Assembly (NCBI GenBank): GCA_051294375.1
Contig: CM119267.1
Location: forward strand, 18,454,992-18,518,991
Length of the DNA: 64,000 nt
Direction of reading: 5' to 3'
Source of the DNA: Paraspadella gotoi
Lineage: Eukaryota; Animalia; Chaetognatha
Part shown: piece after piece, positions 26,101 to 36,235 of the stretch
Position numbering within the stretch: position 1 is the stretch's first letter
Layout: each line of letters begins with the position of its first letter
Translations under genes and position numbers: made by a program
The notes under the pieces: generated by a model
What the model saw: only the letters and a program-made list of their open reading frames with translations
Database searches by the model: none
Told to the model about the DNA's origin: nothing

Positions 26101-28487
26101 GGTCGAACAAAAACTGAAATAATAGATTCGCCGACGGGGGACGACGCGATTTCGATAACTCCTCCCCGACACAACATCCAGGACCCTCGCGACAAAGAAT
26201 CTTCGTCATGGAGAAACCCTTGTCCCTTCACGATTCGGTCGCAGACGGCGGCCGGACTCACTTTAAGCATTTCCTGCGCACGCAGCACTCCCTCTTTGGG
26301 ACCCTCGATGCGAATCTTGGTGTTGTCTTTGGAATTTTCGTGCGGGATCTTGATGTCGACCATGGTTTCCTCCTTGATGCGACCGATCTTAGTGCCAGAT
26401 TTTCCTGAAATACGATTTTTATCAAATGAGCGAGATTCGTCGAAAAGGAATGGCCCGCTCAATATTGCCTTCACTCTTTTATTTTCTTGCCTATGATATG
26501 TCTGTGAAACTTTGGATCGCAATCGACGTCGACGGACGCGAGGTTGCCGGCGGTGTCTTTGTGAATGGCCTCGAGCCTGTCGATGGCCGGGCCGACTTCC
26601 TCCGGAGGTCCCTCTACGACGATCTTGTCTTCGCCGATCCGGAAGTCGATCTGCACCTTTGGAAGATCCGAAGAAATCGCTCGCACGTTGGCGCCCTTCT
26701 TGCCGATAATAAACCTGAGATTAAAAGCAAAACATTAAAAAACAAACAGCTGTGGCAAGTATTCATGAGCAAAGTTCAGCGTGACAAGATCATTAAAACC
26801 GACGCTGGACCTGTGCATCCAAGCGGGAACGTTGATCTCCTGAATGACGACGGAATTGGCCTTTTCATACACAAGAGTAAGCGCCGAGCCGAGGGCGAGG
26901 GTTTCCCCGCGAAGCGTGATCGTTTCGGAGGGCGATTCCAACTGGGGAACCTCCACGGAAACTCCAGTCTGTAGAAAATAATAAAATTGATTTTCTGATA
27001 GCAATTTTCTGCATTACTCATCAGTCAAGCACCAGATTAGCACCTTGTCTAGGATGTCGTGCAAGTTATGCGCCTGTGGACCAATCACGTATTTGTGCTG
27101 CGTTTTACGAACTTCAATCGACACTGTCTGGCACTTTTTCTTTTTTTCCTCGTAAATGGCTTGAATGTGCTGAATAAAGAAGAGAAAAATATATAAAAAA
27201 ATAAATAAAGAAAAAAAATAAAATAAAAAATAAATAAATTAAATAAATAAAATAAATAAATAAATATACACGTGGATTTGTGGGAGAAGAAAAAGGTTGA
27301 GCTAATTTTACGAAACCTTGACCGCCTGTTGGACGCCCTCCTTATCTCCGGCGACGGTAATTTCGTCTTTGCCGACAGTCGGCGGTGGAACGTTTATGCG
27401 GACCCCATGATCTTCGATCAACTTGTTCTTCGTTTGGTTGAAGGCTCCGCATACGAATGGGTGATAAACCTAACAATTAGACTTAATTAGAAGGAATTTA
27501 TTTAATTAAGCTTCGGATGTTCTCCTACTCACCTTCTCAATGTTAAGTCGTTCGAAAGCAAGTTTTGATTGTTCATCGGAAATAAGTTGAATTTCGTGTT
27601 TTGCCTTTTCTACGTTTTCTTTCGTACCGGAAATTGTGATATCGTTGCTATTTCGTTCCTTAATTTTAAAAAAAGTTTTAATTTTAAAAAAGGCGGAACA
27701 AACGAATTTACGACATCGATCTTTTTCTTTAATCATCATACTGGTCTAGGAAGCTGGATCTTGGTGCTGGTGAGGTTTTCCAAGTCGGCGAGCTTCTTTC
27801 CGCCCTTGCCCAAGATGTAACGATGGTGCTCCTGCGGGATGCTTAAAGTCAAGACGCACTGGGTCTGAAGAGTGGCCGTGATTTCTTTGCGAGCCTCTAG
27901 TACCCGCTCGATCTTGCCTATTGAAAAAATAAGTGTTCTCATTAAGACCTGTAATCGCACAAGGTTAGTAAAAGCATTTTCGGCACGGATTATTACCGGT
28001 GATCATGAGCGTTAAGCTCTGATCTTTGGCGGAATTAATCTCAATGGCGACCCCGCACTTCTTCATAATCTCTGTGCAGACTTTGGCCTGCTGATCGGCG
28101 TTATCGCCGAACCCACCGCTCGCGTACCGCTGCTCCTCGACCGGTAGATGGAACAATTGGGTCACCACGGTCGACCTAACCGCCATCTTCTTGATCCAGG
28201 ATGGAGCCCCGATGTCAGCGCCGTTAGTCGCCTCTACTCCGGTGGTGGACGCTGGCTTTAACTCTGGAAACTCCATGTCATATTCCGGTTCGTAAGCTAC
28301 AACAGTGGGAAAAAATATTAGTAAATTTTATCAAGAATGTATAACAGTATCTACATTCAGAGACATACAGAGACACAATACCTTCGCTACTAAGTGCATT
28401 GGGCTCAGATACAATCGCCGCCGGTGTACCAACTGGCGGCTGAACAGAGGAAGCATCTCCGTTCGAGTCTAACGCAACACCATCCAT
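16539..28487 (-). CDS. HDLBP: vigilin (multi-KH RNA-binding protein), many exons
   Basis: Serial KH GxxG motifs (HHRYILGKGG, FHKNVIGKGG, FHNSIIGAKG, YHRIIMGPKG, FHRNIIGKRG) and HLLNLEEEY. Terminal exons are YRVRNAPW (~18082-18238) and KEFPSFGA..WVRPAKK* (16539-16691). The start ATG is tentative. Confidence 0.93.
16814..16855 (+). ncRNA. minimal hammerhead ribozyme motif (Penelope-like type)
   Basis: CTGATGA-AGGC..GCC-GAAA-CATG-TC with palindromic helix III and a weak helix I. The downstream flank matches the 29392-29601 copies. Confidence 0.6.
18301..21782 (-). mobile_element. Helentron/HINE-like non-autonomous element (family A) with internal minisatellites and (GA)n, in a vigilin intron
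   Basis: Subterminal IRs ATCTCGCAAGACG (18320) / CTTCTGGCGAGATA (~21764-21777), a terminal stem-loop next to an A/T run, and GATGCGATGATAACCAA repeats. Homologous to 31981-33327. Confidence 0.6.
22288..23094 (-). mobile_element. HINE-like element family B in a vigilin intron
   Basis: Subterminal IRs ATCATCGCAATCG / CGATTGTAACGAT plus a nearby partial IR and long A run. About 500 bp is shared with 32361-32953; there is an internal 18-nt purine-rich array. Confidence 0.6.
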
Positions 28488-28926
28488 CGCCTCAGGGAGA
28501 CCGTTGTTACCTAAACAATAAGTGGCACGGCCAAACGCGGAAAGTTAAAATGAATACAATTTAAAAACATTCACAACACAAATGGTAATTACCGTCAAAA
28601 TTCATATTTCAAAGCGTTTCTTTCAACAGTCCAAAATAAAATTAAGTATTCTTTTGCTCACTACTTGAAGATAGTAACTCCGTGCTCGAGAAAAAATCTC
28701 TCTCCTTTATCACGACGCTAAAGCTGAAGCGAAAAGCAATTTAAATAAAACTAGAATTATTATTTTTAATATCAGAACATACTATTATTTTCCTTTCCAT
28801 TATTACTTTCATAATCGTCATCATAACTATTTAATGCTATTGTGTCATCATTGTGTTTTTTACCGCCATAAAAAAATAATATAATCATAATTCTTTGTAT
28901 TAATCCTTTCTTTTGTTGTTTGTTGA

Positions 28927-29019
28927 GATTAATTAAAAACAAAAATTTTCGTGGAACAACAATAAAGTTTTTTATTAACTTTATTGTTGTTCCACGAAAA
29001 TTTTCGTTTTTAATTAATC
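28927..29019. repeat. near-perfect ~43-bp-arm palindrome upstream of vigilin
   Basis: GATTAATTAAAAAC..TTCGTGGAACAACAATAAAGTT / AACTTTATTGTTGTTCCACGAA..GTTTTTAATTAATC with a 7-nt spacer. Confidence 0.85.
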
Positions 29020-29391
29020 ATAATTCTAAAACTACGATATATGCTTACCTTTCGTGACCTGATTAAGTAACTGGTTTCTAGTTTGCGATGTTGATTAGGT
29101 TTTGGATGATTAACGCTTGTCTCGTAATCAAAAGGTCGGTTCCGGTTCTGCGTAGTACGAAGTACCACGTCCGAGAAATCAGTCCTGAGGTTAGCTACCC
29201 CCGTCAAGAAGACATAGAAACGATGGCAATTCGCCTGAAAATTGAAAGGAACGAAGCGTCCCAAACATTTACAGCAATAATTTTTTTTCGTTTGTAACAT
29301 TTATTGACAGGATATCTAATATCTATGTAATAATAAGTTGTATGATAATTGATTTTGTGGTATAATCCTTTCTTTTCGTTGTGTAATAATT

Positions 29392-29601
29392 ATTAGAAAA
29401 GTTTGAAATGAATTTTCAACAACGATTTTATTTTTAATAAAAAAATGGACATGTTTCGGCTTAATTACAAGCCTTCATCAGCATTAAAAACTTTTTAATG
29501 CTGATGAAGTAATTAAGTAATTAAGTAATTAAGCCGAAACATGTCCATTTTTTTATTAAAAATAAAATCGTTGTTGAAAATTCATTTCAAACTTTTCTAA
29601 T
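29392..29601. repeat. ~100-bp-arm palindrome made of two divergent hammerhead-bearing units
   Basis: The arms are reverse complements around C29491. The right arm has a GTAATTAA expansion replacing one strand of helix II. Confidence 0.85.
29444..29485 (-). ncRNA. intact minimal hammerhead ribozyme (Penelope-like type I)
   Basis: Reverse complement AATG-CTGATGA-A-GGCTT gtaatt AAGCC-GAAA-CATG-TC-CATT: full core, helix I AATG/CATT, 5-bp helix II, palindromic helix III and a GUC triplet. Confidence 0.78.
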
Positions 29602-29711
29602 GATAATTGATTTTAAAAGTATTGGTTTTGCATTTACCATTATTTATAATAAAATATATTTGTAATGAGTCTTTGTCATCTACAGAAGGCTTCATATTAT
29701 AAAATGAGGTA

Positions 29712-29988
29712 CTGAAGAGACGCAACAGACTTCTCCCTACGGGAGGGGGGATGTATGGTGGACTAAAATCCACCAACCGTTCATCAGCGGCCATTGGTGC
29801 CGGAGGCAAGTCATTCGCCTCCCAACCCAAAGGTCCGGGGTTCTAGCCCGGTGGTCGTCTGGCAGTTAAGAGGGACGGGGCGCTTAACTCGCCTGTAACA
29901 CGGTGTTACAGCCTGATCCGAAGCTCAGGGACTGCTTATATTGAACGGTTCTGTCATTAACACTTATCAATTATCACTGTCTCTTCAG
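29712..29988 (+). mobile_element. family 2 element, full copy C: TA-CTGAAGAGAC..GTCTCTTCAG-TA with tRNA-like head plus twister
   Basis: Perfect 10-bp TIRs and TA on both sides. Acceptor-like stem GCGGCCA (29787)/TGGTCGT (29852), A-box-like TGGTGCCGGAGG and B-box-like GGTTCTAGCCC (29839-29849). Confidence 0.85.
29862..29935 (+). ncRNA. type-P5 twister ribozyme-like motif (family 2, best copy)
   Basis: P5 GCAGTT/GACTGC; AA-GAGG-GA-CGG; linker GGCGCT; UAA 29885-29887; CTC-GC; P3 CTGTAACA/TGTTACAG; P4 CCTGA/TCAGG; loop TCCGAAGC. Pseudoknots are CCG/CGG and GC/GC. Confidence 0.75.
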
Positions 29989-30664
29989 TACCCCTTTTTT
30001 GTGACCAAAACTCGTTCCGAGAAAACTACTGGACCAAATTTGGTATGAACGATCCCTATGTGAATACAAATAGAACTATCGAGGCGAATTTCAATATTTG
30101 ACCCCTGAGCCGAGATATGGGGCAAAAAATGGTCAAAAAGTTTTTTCAGATTTTTTTATTATTTTTGTTTTTAACAGTTGCATAGACGTTTACTCTTCCA
30201 CAAAAACGTATTTATTACTTCAAAAATATTAGTTTACCTTAATTTTCAGCTTCATGAACATCAGCAGTTCAAGTCAGATTTGGAATAATTTGGAAAAATT
30301 GGAAGTAAAACGATGAACCATGCATCTTCAAACAATGCTTAATTATTGAAAATTCATCAATTTTAGTTCTAAAATGTTTTTTTCATGTTTAAAACGTCAA
30401 TGCACCTGATGCTACTAAAAATTTTGAAAAATGAAAAAAAAATTTTTAGCCTTTTTTGGCCCTCCTTGGGTCCATTCCCAGGGCCCTGTATCTCTTGTCA
30501 GGGGTTCAATATCAAAATTCGCCTCGATAGTTACATTTATATAGTCATTAGTACTCTAAATGTAAAATTTCATTAAATTCAATCGGGTAGTTTGGTGGGA
30601 ATAGATTCTGGTCACAAAAAAGGGGTACCTCATTTTATAATATGAAGACTTCTGTAGCTATTAT

Positions 30665-31850
30665 TATTATTATAATTTGATACTTAGTCAATTCGATTTT
30701 CTATTTTCTTTCTGATAATTAAAAAAGTCGTTAAAATTATAGAAAAAACGAATATGAGGTAACTATTTTACAATTGCTTTTCTTTGCTATTAATACTTCA
30801 TTTGTCATTTTTTTCAAATTCAACTAAAATTAATTGATTGTGAATTATTAAAAGATAAGCAGTCGATGGAATTGAGGGAATTGAAGGACTTTTGGAGATT
30901 TTTTTAACATTGGCAATAATACAATTAATTAAAATTTTACATCAAGAATGCCAGACGCCGGGCTCAAAAGTGAATTACAATTTAAGTCTCTTTGTCTCTC
31001 TTTAAGTCTTTGCCTACCCAGGAAACAAAAGAAAAACTATGTAGTATTTATAAAAAACCACAAATAAAAGCACATTGATAGTAAATTCAAAAAAATAAAT
31101 CCCTTTTAAAGAAACATAAAATTTAATAGGGTACAAAATTTAAAATTAAAATTAATTGATTACAAAGTTGTAAGTCTAAATTTTATATTGTACAACGAAT
31201 TTAGGAACATTTGGGACATGTTTCGGTCTTTCATTCAAAATTAAAATTTAAAACCGTATATTATTATAATTTGATACTAAGTCGATTCGATTTTCTATTT
31301 TCTTTCTGATAATTAAAAAAGTCATTAAAATTATAGAAAAAACGAATATGAGGTAACTATTTTACATTTGCTTTTCTTTGCTCATTAATACTTCATTTGT
31401 CATTTTTTTCAAATTCAACTAAAATTTAATTGATTGTGAATTATTAAAAGATAAGCAGTCGATGGAATTGAGGGAATTGAAGGACTTTTGGAGATTTTTT
31501 TAACATTGGCAATAATACAATTAATTAAAATTTTACATCAAGAATGCCAGACGCCGGGCTCAAAAGTGAATTACAATTTAAGTCTCTTTGTCTCTCTTTA
31601 AGTCTTTGCCTCCCCAGGAAACAAAAGAAAAACCATGTAGTACTTATAAAAAACCACAAATAAAAGCACATTGATAGTAAATTCAAAAAAATAAATCCCT
31701 TTTAAAGAAAAATAAAATTAATCGGGTACAAAATTTAAAATTAATTGATTACAAAGTTGTAAGTCTAAATTTTGTATTGTACAACGAATTTAGGAACATT
31801 GGGACATGTTTCGGTCTTTCATTCAAAATTAAAATTTAAAACCGTGTATA
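30665..31850. repeat. tandem duplication of a ~590-bp unit
   Basis: ~30665-31258 and ~31260-31850 are nearly identical (e.g. GAATGCCAGACGCCGGGCTCAAAAGTG occurs twice). Confidence 0.9.
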
Positions 31851-31980
31851 GAACTGTTTTAATTCAAAACTTATTCAATGACAAATTTTAGCGCCAAACT
31901 TTGCCCCAACTTTTTAACAAAAAAGTTGTTACGACACGATAGCACTAACAAAGAGACATATGTAATAATAAACGAAAAAA

Positions 31981-33327
31981 ATCTTAAAATTATAGTGATC
32001 TCGCCAGACGTTACTATTAAAGAAAATTAATAATAAATTAAATTAAAAAAAAAAAAAACAAAAAAAAAACGAATGATTGATGCGATAACAAATTATTGAT
32101 GTAATAGTAGTTGATTGATGTAATAGTAATTGATTATTGATGGGATGATATCATGATAACCATATATTGATGCGATGATAACCAAATGATGGATGCGATG
32201 ATAGTCATTCATTGACGTGATGATAATCATTCATTGACGCGATGAAAGTCATTTATTGACGCGATGAAAGTCATTTATTGATGCGACAATAGTCATTCAT
32301 TTATTTATTGTAAATAAAAATAAACAAATACGTGTATGAGAAAGAGAGAGAGAAAAAAAAATCTTAAAAGCATAAGTATCGTCGCAATTGCAGAGAGAGA
32401 GAGAGAAATAAAAATGATGTTGCGATAGCAAAATGATAACATGCACGAATGCGATGCTTAATTTTACGAGTTCAATCCTAATTCAATTTTTTTTTAATAA
32501 AAACGCAGAGAGAGAGAGCGAGAGAGACCAAATCGTTTTCGGATGAAGCAACAGAGGAAGCCAGAAAAAAGAAATAAATAAAAAGGAAGCAGCAGGAGAA
32601 AAGAGAAAAAGAAAAAGCCCCTGCAGAGCCAGCTGCAGACTCGTTTTTTTCCCGATAAATCAACACTGGGGAAAAGAGAGAGAGATAGCTTCATATAATT
32701 AAAAAATAAAAGAGAGAGAGGAGACATAAAAATAAATAGAGGAAATTTGTTCGATAAAACGTAAACAAAACATTTAATAACTGTCCTTACCCAATTTCAA
32801 GGACCTCAATGATGAGAAGCTGTATATAAATTTTAAGATTCATACACCCAAATTTAATCATGAAAAAGGCGATCTATAAATTGGAACGCCGACGACGACG
32901 CCTACGTCACTTATGTGCAAAACCACGGCAAAATCGTCGCGATTGCGACGATAAAAAGAGAAGCTGGACAGCCGCTGCAGAGCTTAACTCGATTTTAGAT
33001 GAAGAGAGAGAGCGACATAAGAGAGAGAGAGACTGACATATATTTAAAAGAGAGAGAGAGAGAGAGCTGGACAGCTGAACTCTTGTATAAAATTATAAAA
33101 ACAAACAAACAAATGAGGGGAGGAATATGAAAATTTGAATCTAAAAAATCTTACTGATTAAAAGCTATATCTAAATTTTCAGCTTCATTTGGTTATACAC
33201 TCGAGCTATTTTCAATGTTAAAACGGCGGGATGATGATGACGACGACGCCGTCTACGGTCAAAAAGAGCAGAAATGAATTAATATCTCGCCCAAGTTGGG
33301 CAATCGCCCATCTGGCGAGATAAAAAA
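31981..33327 (-). mobile_element. HINE-like family A element
   Basis: Subterminal IRs ATCTCGCCAGACG (31998) / CATCTGGCGAGATA (33309-33322). The minus strand starts with a T-run, subTIR and adjacent IR hairpin, as in DINE-1-like elements. Confidence 0.62.
32361..32953 (-). mobile_element. HINE-like family B element nested in family A
   Basis: ATCGTCGCAATTG (32378) / terminal hairpin ATCGTCGC-GATT-GCGACGAT (32933-32952). Homologous to 22288-23094. Confidence 0.62.
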
Positions 33328-34021
33328 TGAACAAAGTAACATGTAAAAAAAAAGTTATTTTAAAATGGATCCATGTTCTAGTGGGTTTTTTTATTGTCTT
33401 TTTCAGGGGTTTTGGGTTGGTTTTTTTAATTCCTTAGTCATTAGAGTAGAGCACTCAAGAACAAATAATTATTTAGATATTTAGATATTTAGATATTTAG
33501 ATGTAAGATAGTATGATTAACTAGTACAAAAAAATTTTTTTTCATATTTTTCGAGAACAGACTAGTAAAATATAATATATTTGTAGTAATATTCTTATAA
33601 AATAATAAATTTTAAAAATAATTTTTTTTAAACTTTTAATAAAGATTCAGATTCTTCATAAAAAGTTGAATCAAAAATATACAACATGTTATCAAAAATT
33701 CTATCATCTTCAGCGTTTAAAACGGGGAAAAAAGAGAAAAATCTAACTTTTTTATTCTCTGTAGTATAAATTTATATATGTTAAAACTTTTTAGTCATTT
33801 TTTGTGATCCAAACATAAAAATATCATATAACTTATTTAATAAAAGTTTTTTAGTTTTTTACGGCGAATACAAATCTGTTCTTAAAAATAAAAAAACAAA
33901 TATTTAAAAATTTTACGATTTTATATGGATATTACTATATAAATATTTGAATTTACTATACTGTTATGCTAAAAAAAAATTTAAAAGGATTTAAAATTTA
34001 TTAATTACATGTCCATATTGG

Positions 34022-35785
34022 TCAGTCGACACCATAACTTCCAAAATGTTCGTCATCAGGATACGCCATTCGCGATCCATCGTTTAGTCGGTACTTTTGT
34101 CCAGGTAGAAAAAGGTCAAAATATTTCCAAATTCTAGGATGATCAAACTCGGTTGGAAAAATTTCAACCATTTCATCTTGAGGGCCGTAATACAATTGGC
34201 CATTATTAAACATCATGGTATAAAATGGTTGATCAGGTTTGCTCTTATATTCTTCCACCCTCCACTTTTCAATCCACCGACTGGATTCGTTGCATGCAAA
34301 ATCCCAACCAACGACAACGGAAGATTCATCCGTTTTTGTTAGACGGACTACTTGTCCGACCCAAAATTTTATATTAGGATGTTCAGATCGGCGTTTCGGT
34401 ACCGGAATTGACGATTCACTTAAGTTACGTTCGATCGCAACCTTTGCCTTATCAATTAATTGCTGCTTAAAAAGTATCGTGAACCGTTCATCGGTACCCG
34501 AATTCTCTAACAACTCCACTGCTGCATCAAGTTCCCAGTCCTTTTCGATATATACCCTTGCTAAATATATTTCATGTACATAAGAATTAGGATTTAATAT
34601 ACGAAGCAATCTAAATATTTGGATAAAGAATCTATAACTATCCTCAGTGCCTCTACGTAAGGATCTGAAATCGTTTATCTGACGACGGAGAAGTAAATGC
34701 GGGGAAGACGGTCTAGTTAATCCATCGATCGAAGCACCTGATAAATAATGGCGGGCTTCGAAGGCAGAAACTAGCCGTCCTTTTTTGAACGTGTCGATGT
34801 ACACTAGGTCATTTGGGGAACTGGAATGATTCGGACGCCAAAGAAGCAGAACATGACGATCGAGATCTATTGGTTCACATAAAACACCAAGTCTTCTAGC
34901 GATGGCGGCGTATATGATAGAAAGAATTAAGGGAATACCCTTTTTAGTTTCAATAACTACATCGATTAAATTATCAAAATTACAAAAATGTTCTGGGATT
35001 CCTTTAAAGTCGTCTTGAATGAACATTACCTCATTCAAACATTCCAAAATCTGCTGCCCTTTTTCGTCGAAAAAAACCGGGCAGTTAACAGTAGTAGTGC
35101 GGGTTATAGGATGAGTTGGATATTTTAAACCAACTAATGTCTTTACCCGTTTCGATGCTTCCTCTAAATACTCTAAAACTTCTCCTGGGAAAAAAACTTT
35201 TTCGGGTCGACACCATTGAGAAAGAACGAGCGAAAACAATTCGTGTGGAACATTTTCCTGTGGGTGTAGTCTTCCGAAAATCCGTTTTAGAATAACACGC
35301 TTTACGTGAATGAGAGTTTGGGAATAATAGTAATGCAGAGATAGGTTTTTTTCTGTCTGGAGAGCGTTATGGAGCTCTCCCAAAATAAAGCATTCACCAT
35401 TTGGTTCATTTTGCCACAAAGCGTCTATAGCTTCAAAATCGGCTTTCTCTAAATAAGGTTTGTTGTAGTAACGTATGACGAGCTTCGATATAATATTTCT
35501 GATTTTCACTCTTCGAATAGTGAAAATTTTGAAAAGTGAAAACCAATCGTTGGTGGAAATTGGTTTTCCATTTCCGAAGATTGGATCCAAGGAATATTTG
35601 TTTGAAAAATAAAATTCTCTATTAAAATAATTTTTCCACGTGGTAGAAGTTGAATCGAAGATCAAACATTTAAAAGATTTGCAAGTCGAAGAAAGCCGCA
35701 CAAGATCCTTATAGTCAAGGATGGCGTTATCGTAAATTTTTTTCAAAAGTTCATTAGGTAAATCCTGTAATCCAGTCCGAAACAT
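34022..35785 (-). CDS. FBXO21: F-box only protein 21-like (F-box, SirB1/transglutaminase-like core, YccV/HspQ), single exon
   Basis: F-box LQDLPNELLKKI..LSSTCK; KKGIPLILSIIYAAIARRLG..YIDTF; C-terminal KFWVGQVV..VVVGWD..QPFY..HPRIWKYFDLF..YRLN..YPDD. Confidence 0.85.
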   Translation of the reverse strand: MFRTGLQDLPNELLKKIYDNAILDYKDLVRLSSTCKSFKCLIFDSTSTTWKNYFNREFYFSNKYSLDPIFGNGKPISTNDWFSLFKIFTIRRVKIRNIISKLVIRYYNKPYLEKADFEAIDALWQNEPNGECFILGELHNALQTEKNLSLHYYYSQTLIHVKRVILKRIFGRLHPQENVPHELFSLVLSQWCRPEKVFFPGEVLEYLEEASKRVKTLVGLKYPTHPITRTTTVNCPVFFDEKGQQILECLNEVMFIQDDFKGIPEHFCNFDNLIDVVIETKKGIPLILSIIYAAIARRLGVLCEPIDLDRHVLLLWRPNHSSSPNDLVYIDTFKKGRLVSAFEARHYLSGASIDGLTRPSSPHLLLRRQINDFRSLRRGTEDSYRFFIQIFRLLRILNPNSYVHEIYLARVYIEKDWELDAAVELLENSGTDERFTILFKQQLIDKAKVAIERNLSESSIPVPKRRSEHPNIKFWVGQVVRLTKTDESSVVVGWDFACNESSRWIEKWRVEEYKSKPDQPFYTMMFNNGQLYYGPQDEMVEIFPTEFDHPRIWKYFDLFLPGQKYRLNDGSRMAYPDDEHFGSYGVD

Positions 35786-36235
35786 TCTGAAAGTTTTTTA
35801 TGTAATACTGTGTAAATTTAATGGCTAATACGAAATATTAAAAAAAGTAAATGTAAACAATCTTTATGGAGTTAAATCGAGGCCATTACTTTCAATAAAA
35901 AATTGAAAAAACAGAACAAAACAATATTTAAAGTCATCTAGAAAAGCGAACATCAAAAAGTCACTGCGTCACAGCACCTTGAAATTGGCGGTTCTTGTTA
36001 TTACAATAACGGCTATCGGGCTCAACCCGAAATGGCACAAACTGACAAAAAATTAGGTAAAAGTTCATCCGACAAATAAGCAGATGAATAATAAATGAAC
36101 GTATTGATCCACAGATGAATAAAAGTCTGATCATAAATGAATCCACTGATGAATAAAAGCCGATGAACGAATCCATGAAGGTTTCTTCCCGACAAGATCA
36201 AGATTTTAAGTCTTTACACCCGCCACACCAGCAAT

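Larger units (their letters stand above)
29683..30654. mobile_element. TA-flanked MITE with ~29-bp TIRs and inner IRs; hosts a nested family 2 insertion
   Basis: TA-CAGAAGGCTTCATATTATAAAATGAGGTAC .. GTACCTCATTTTATAATATGAAGACTTCTG-TA. Inner IR GTACCCCTTTTTTGTGACCA/TGGTCACAAAAAAGGGGTAC. Same family as 9297-9946. Confidence 0.85.
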
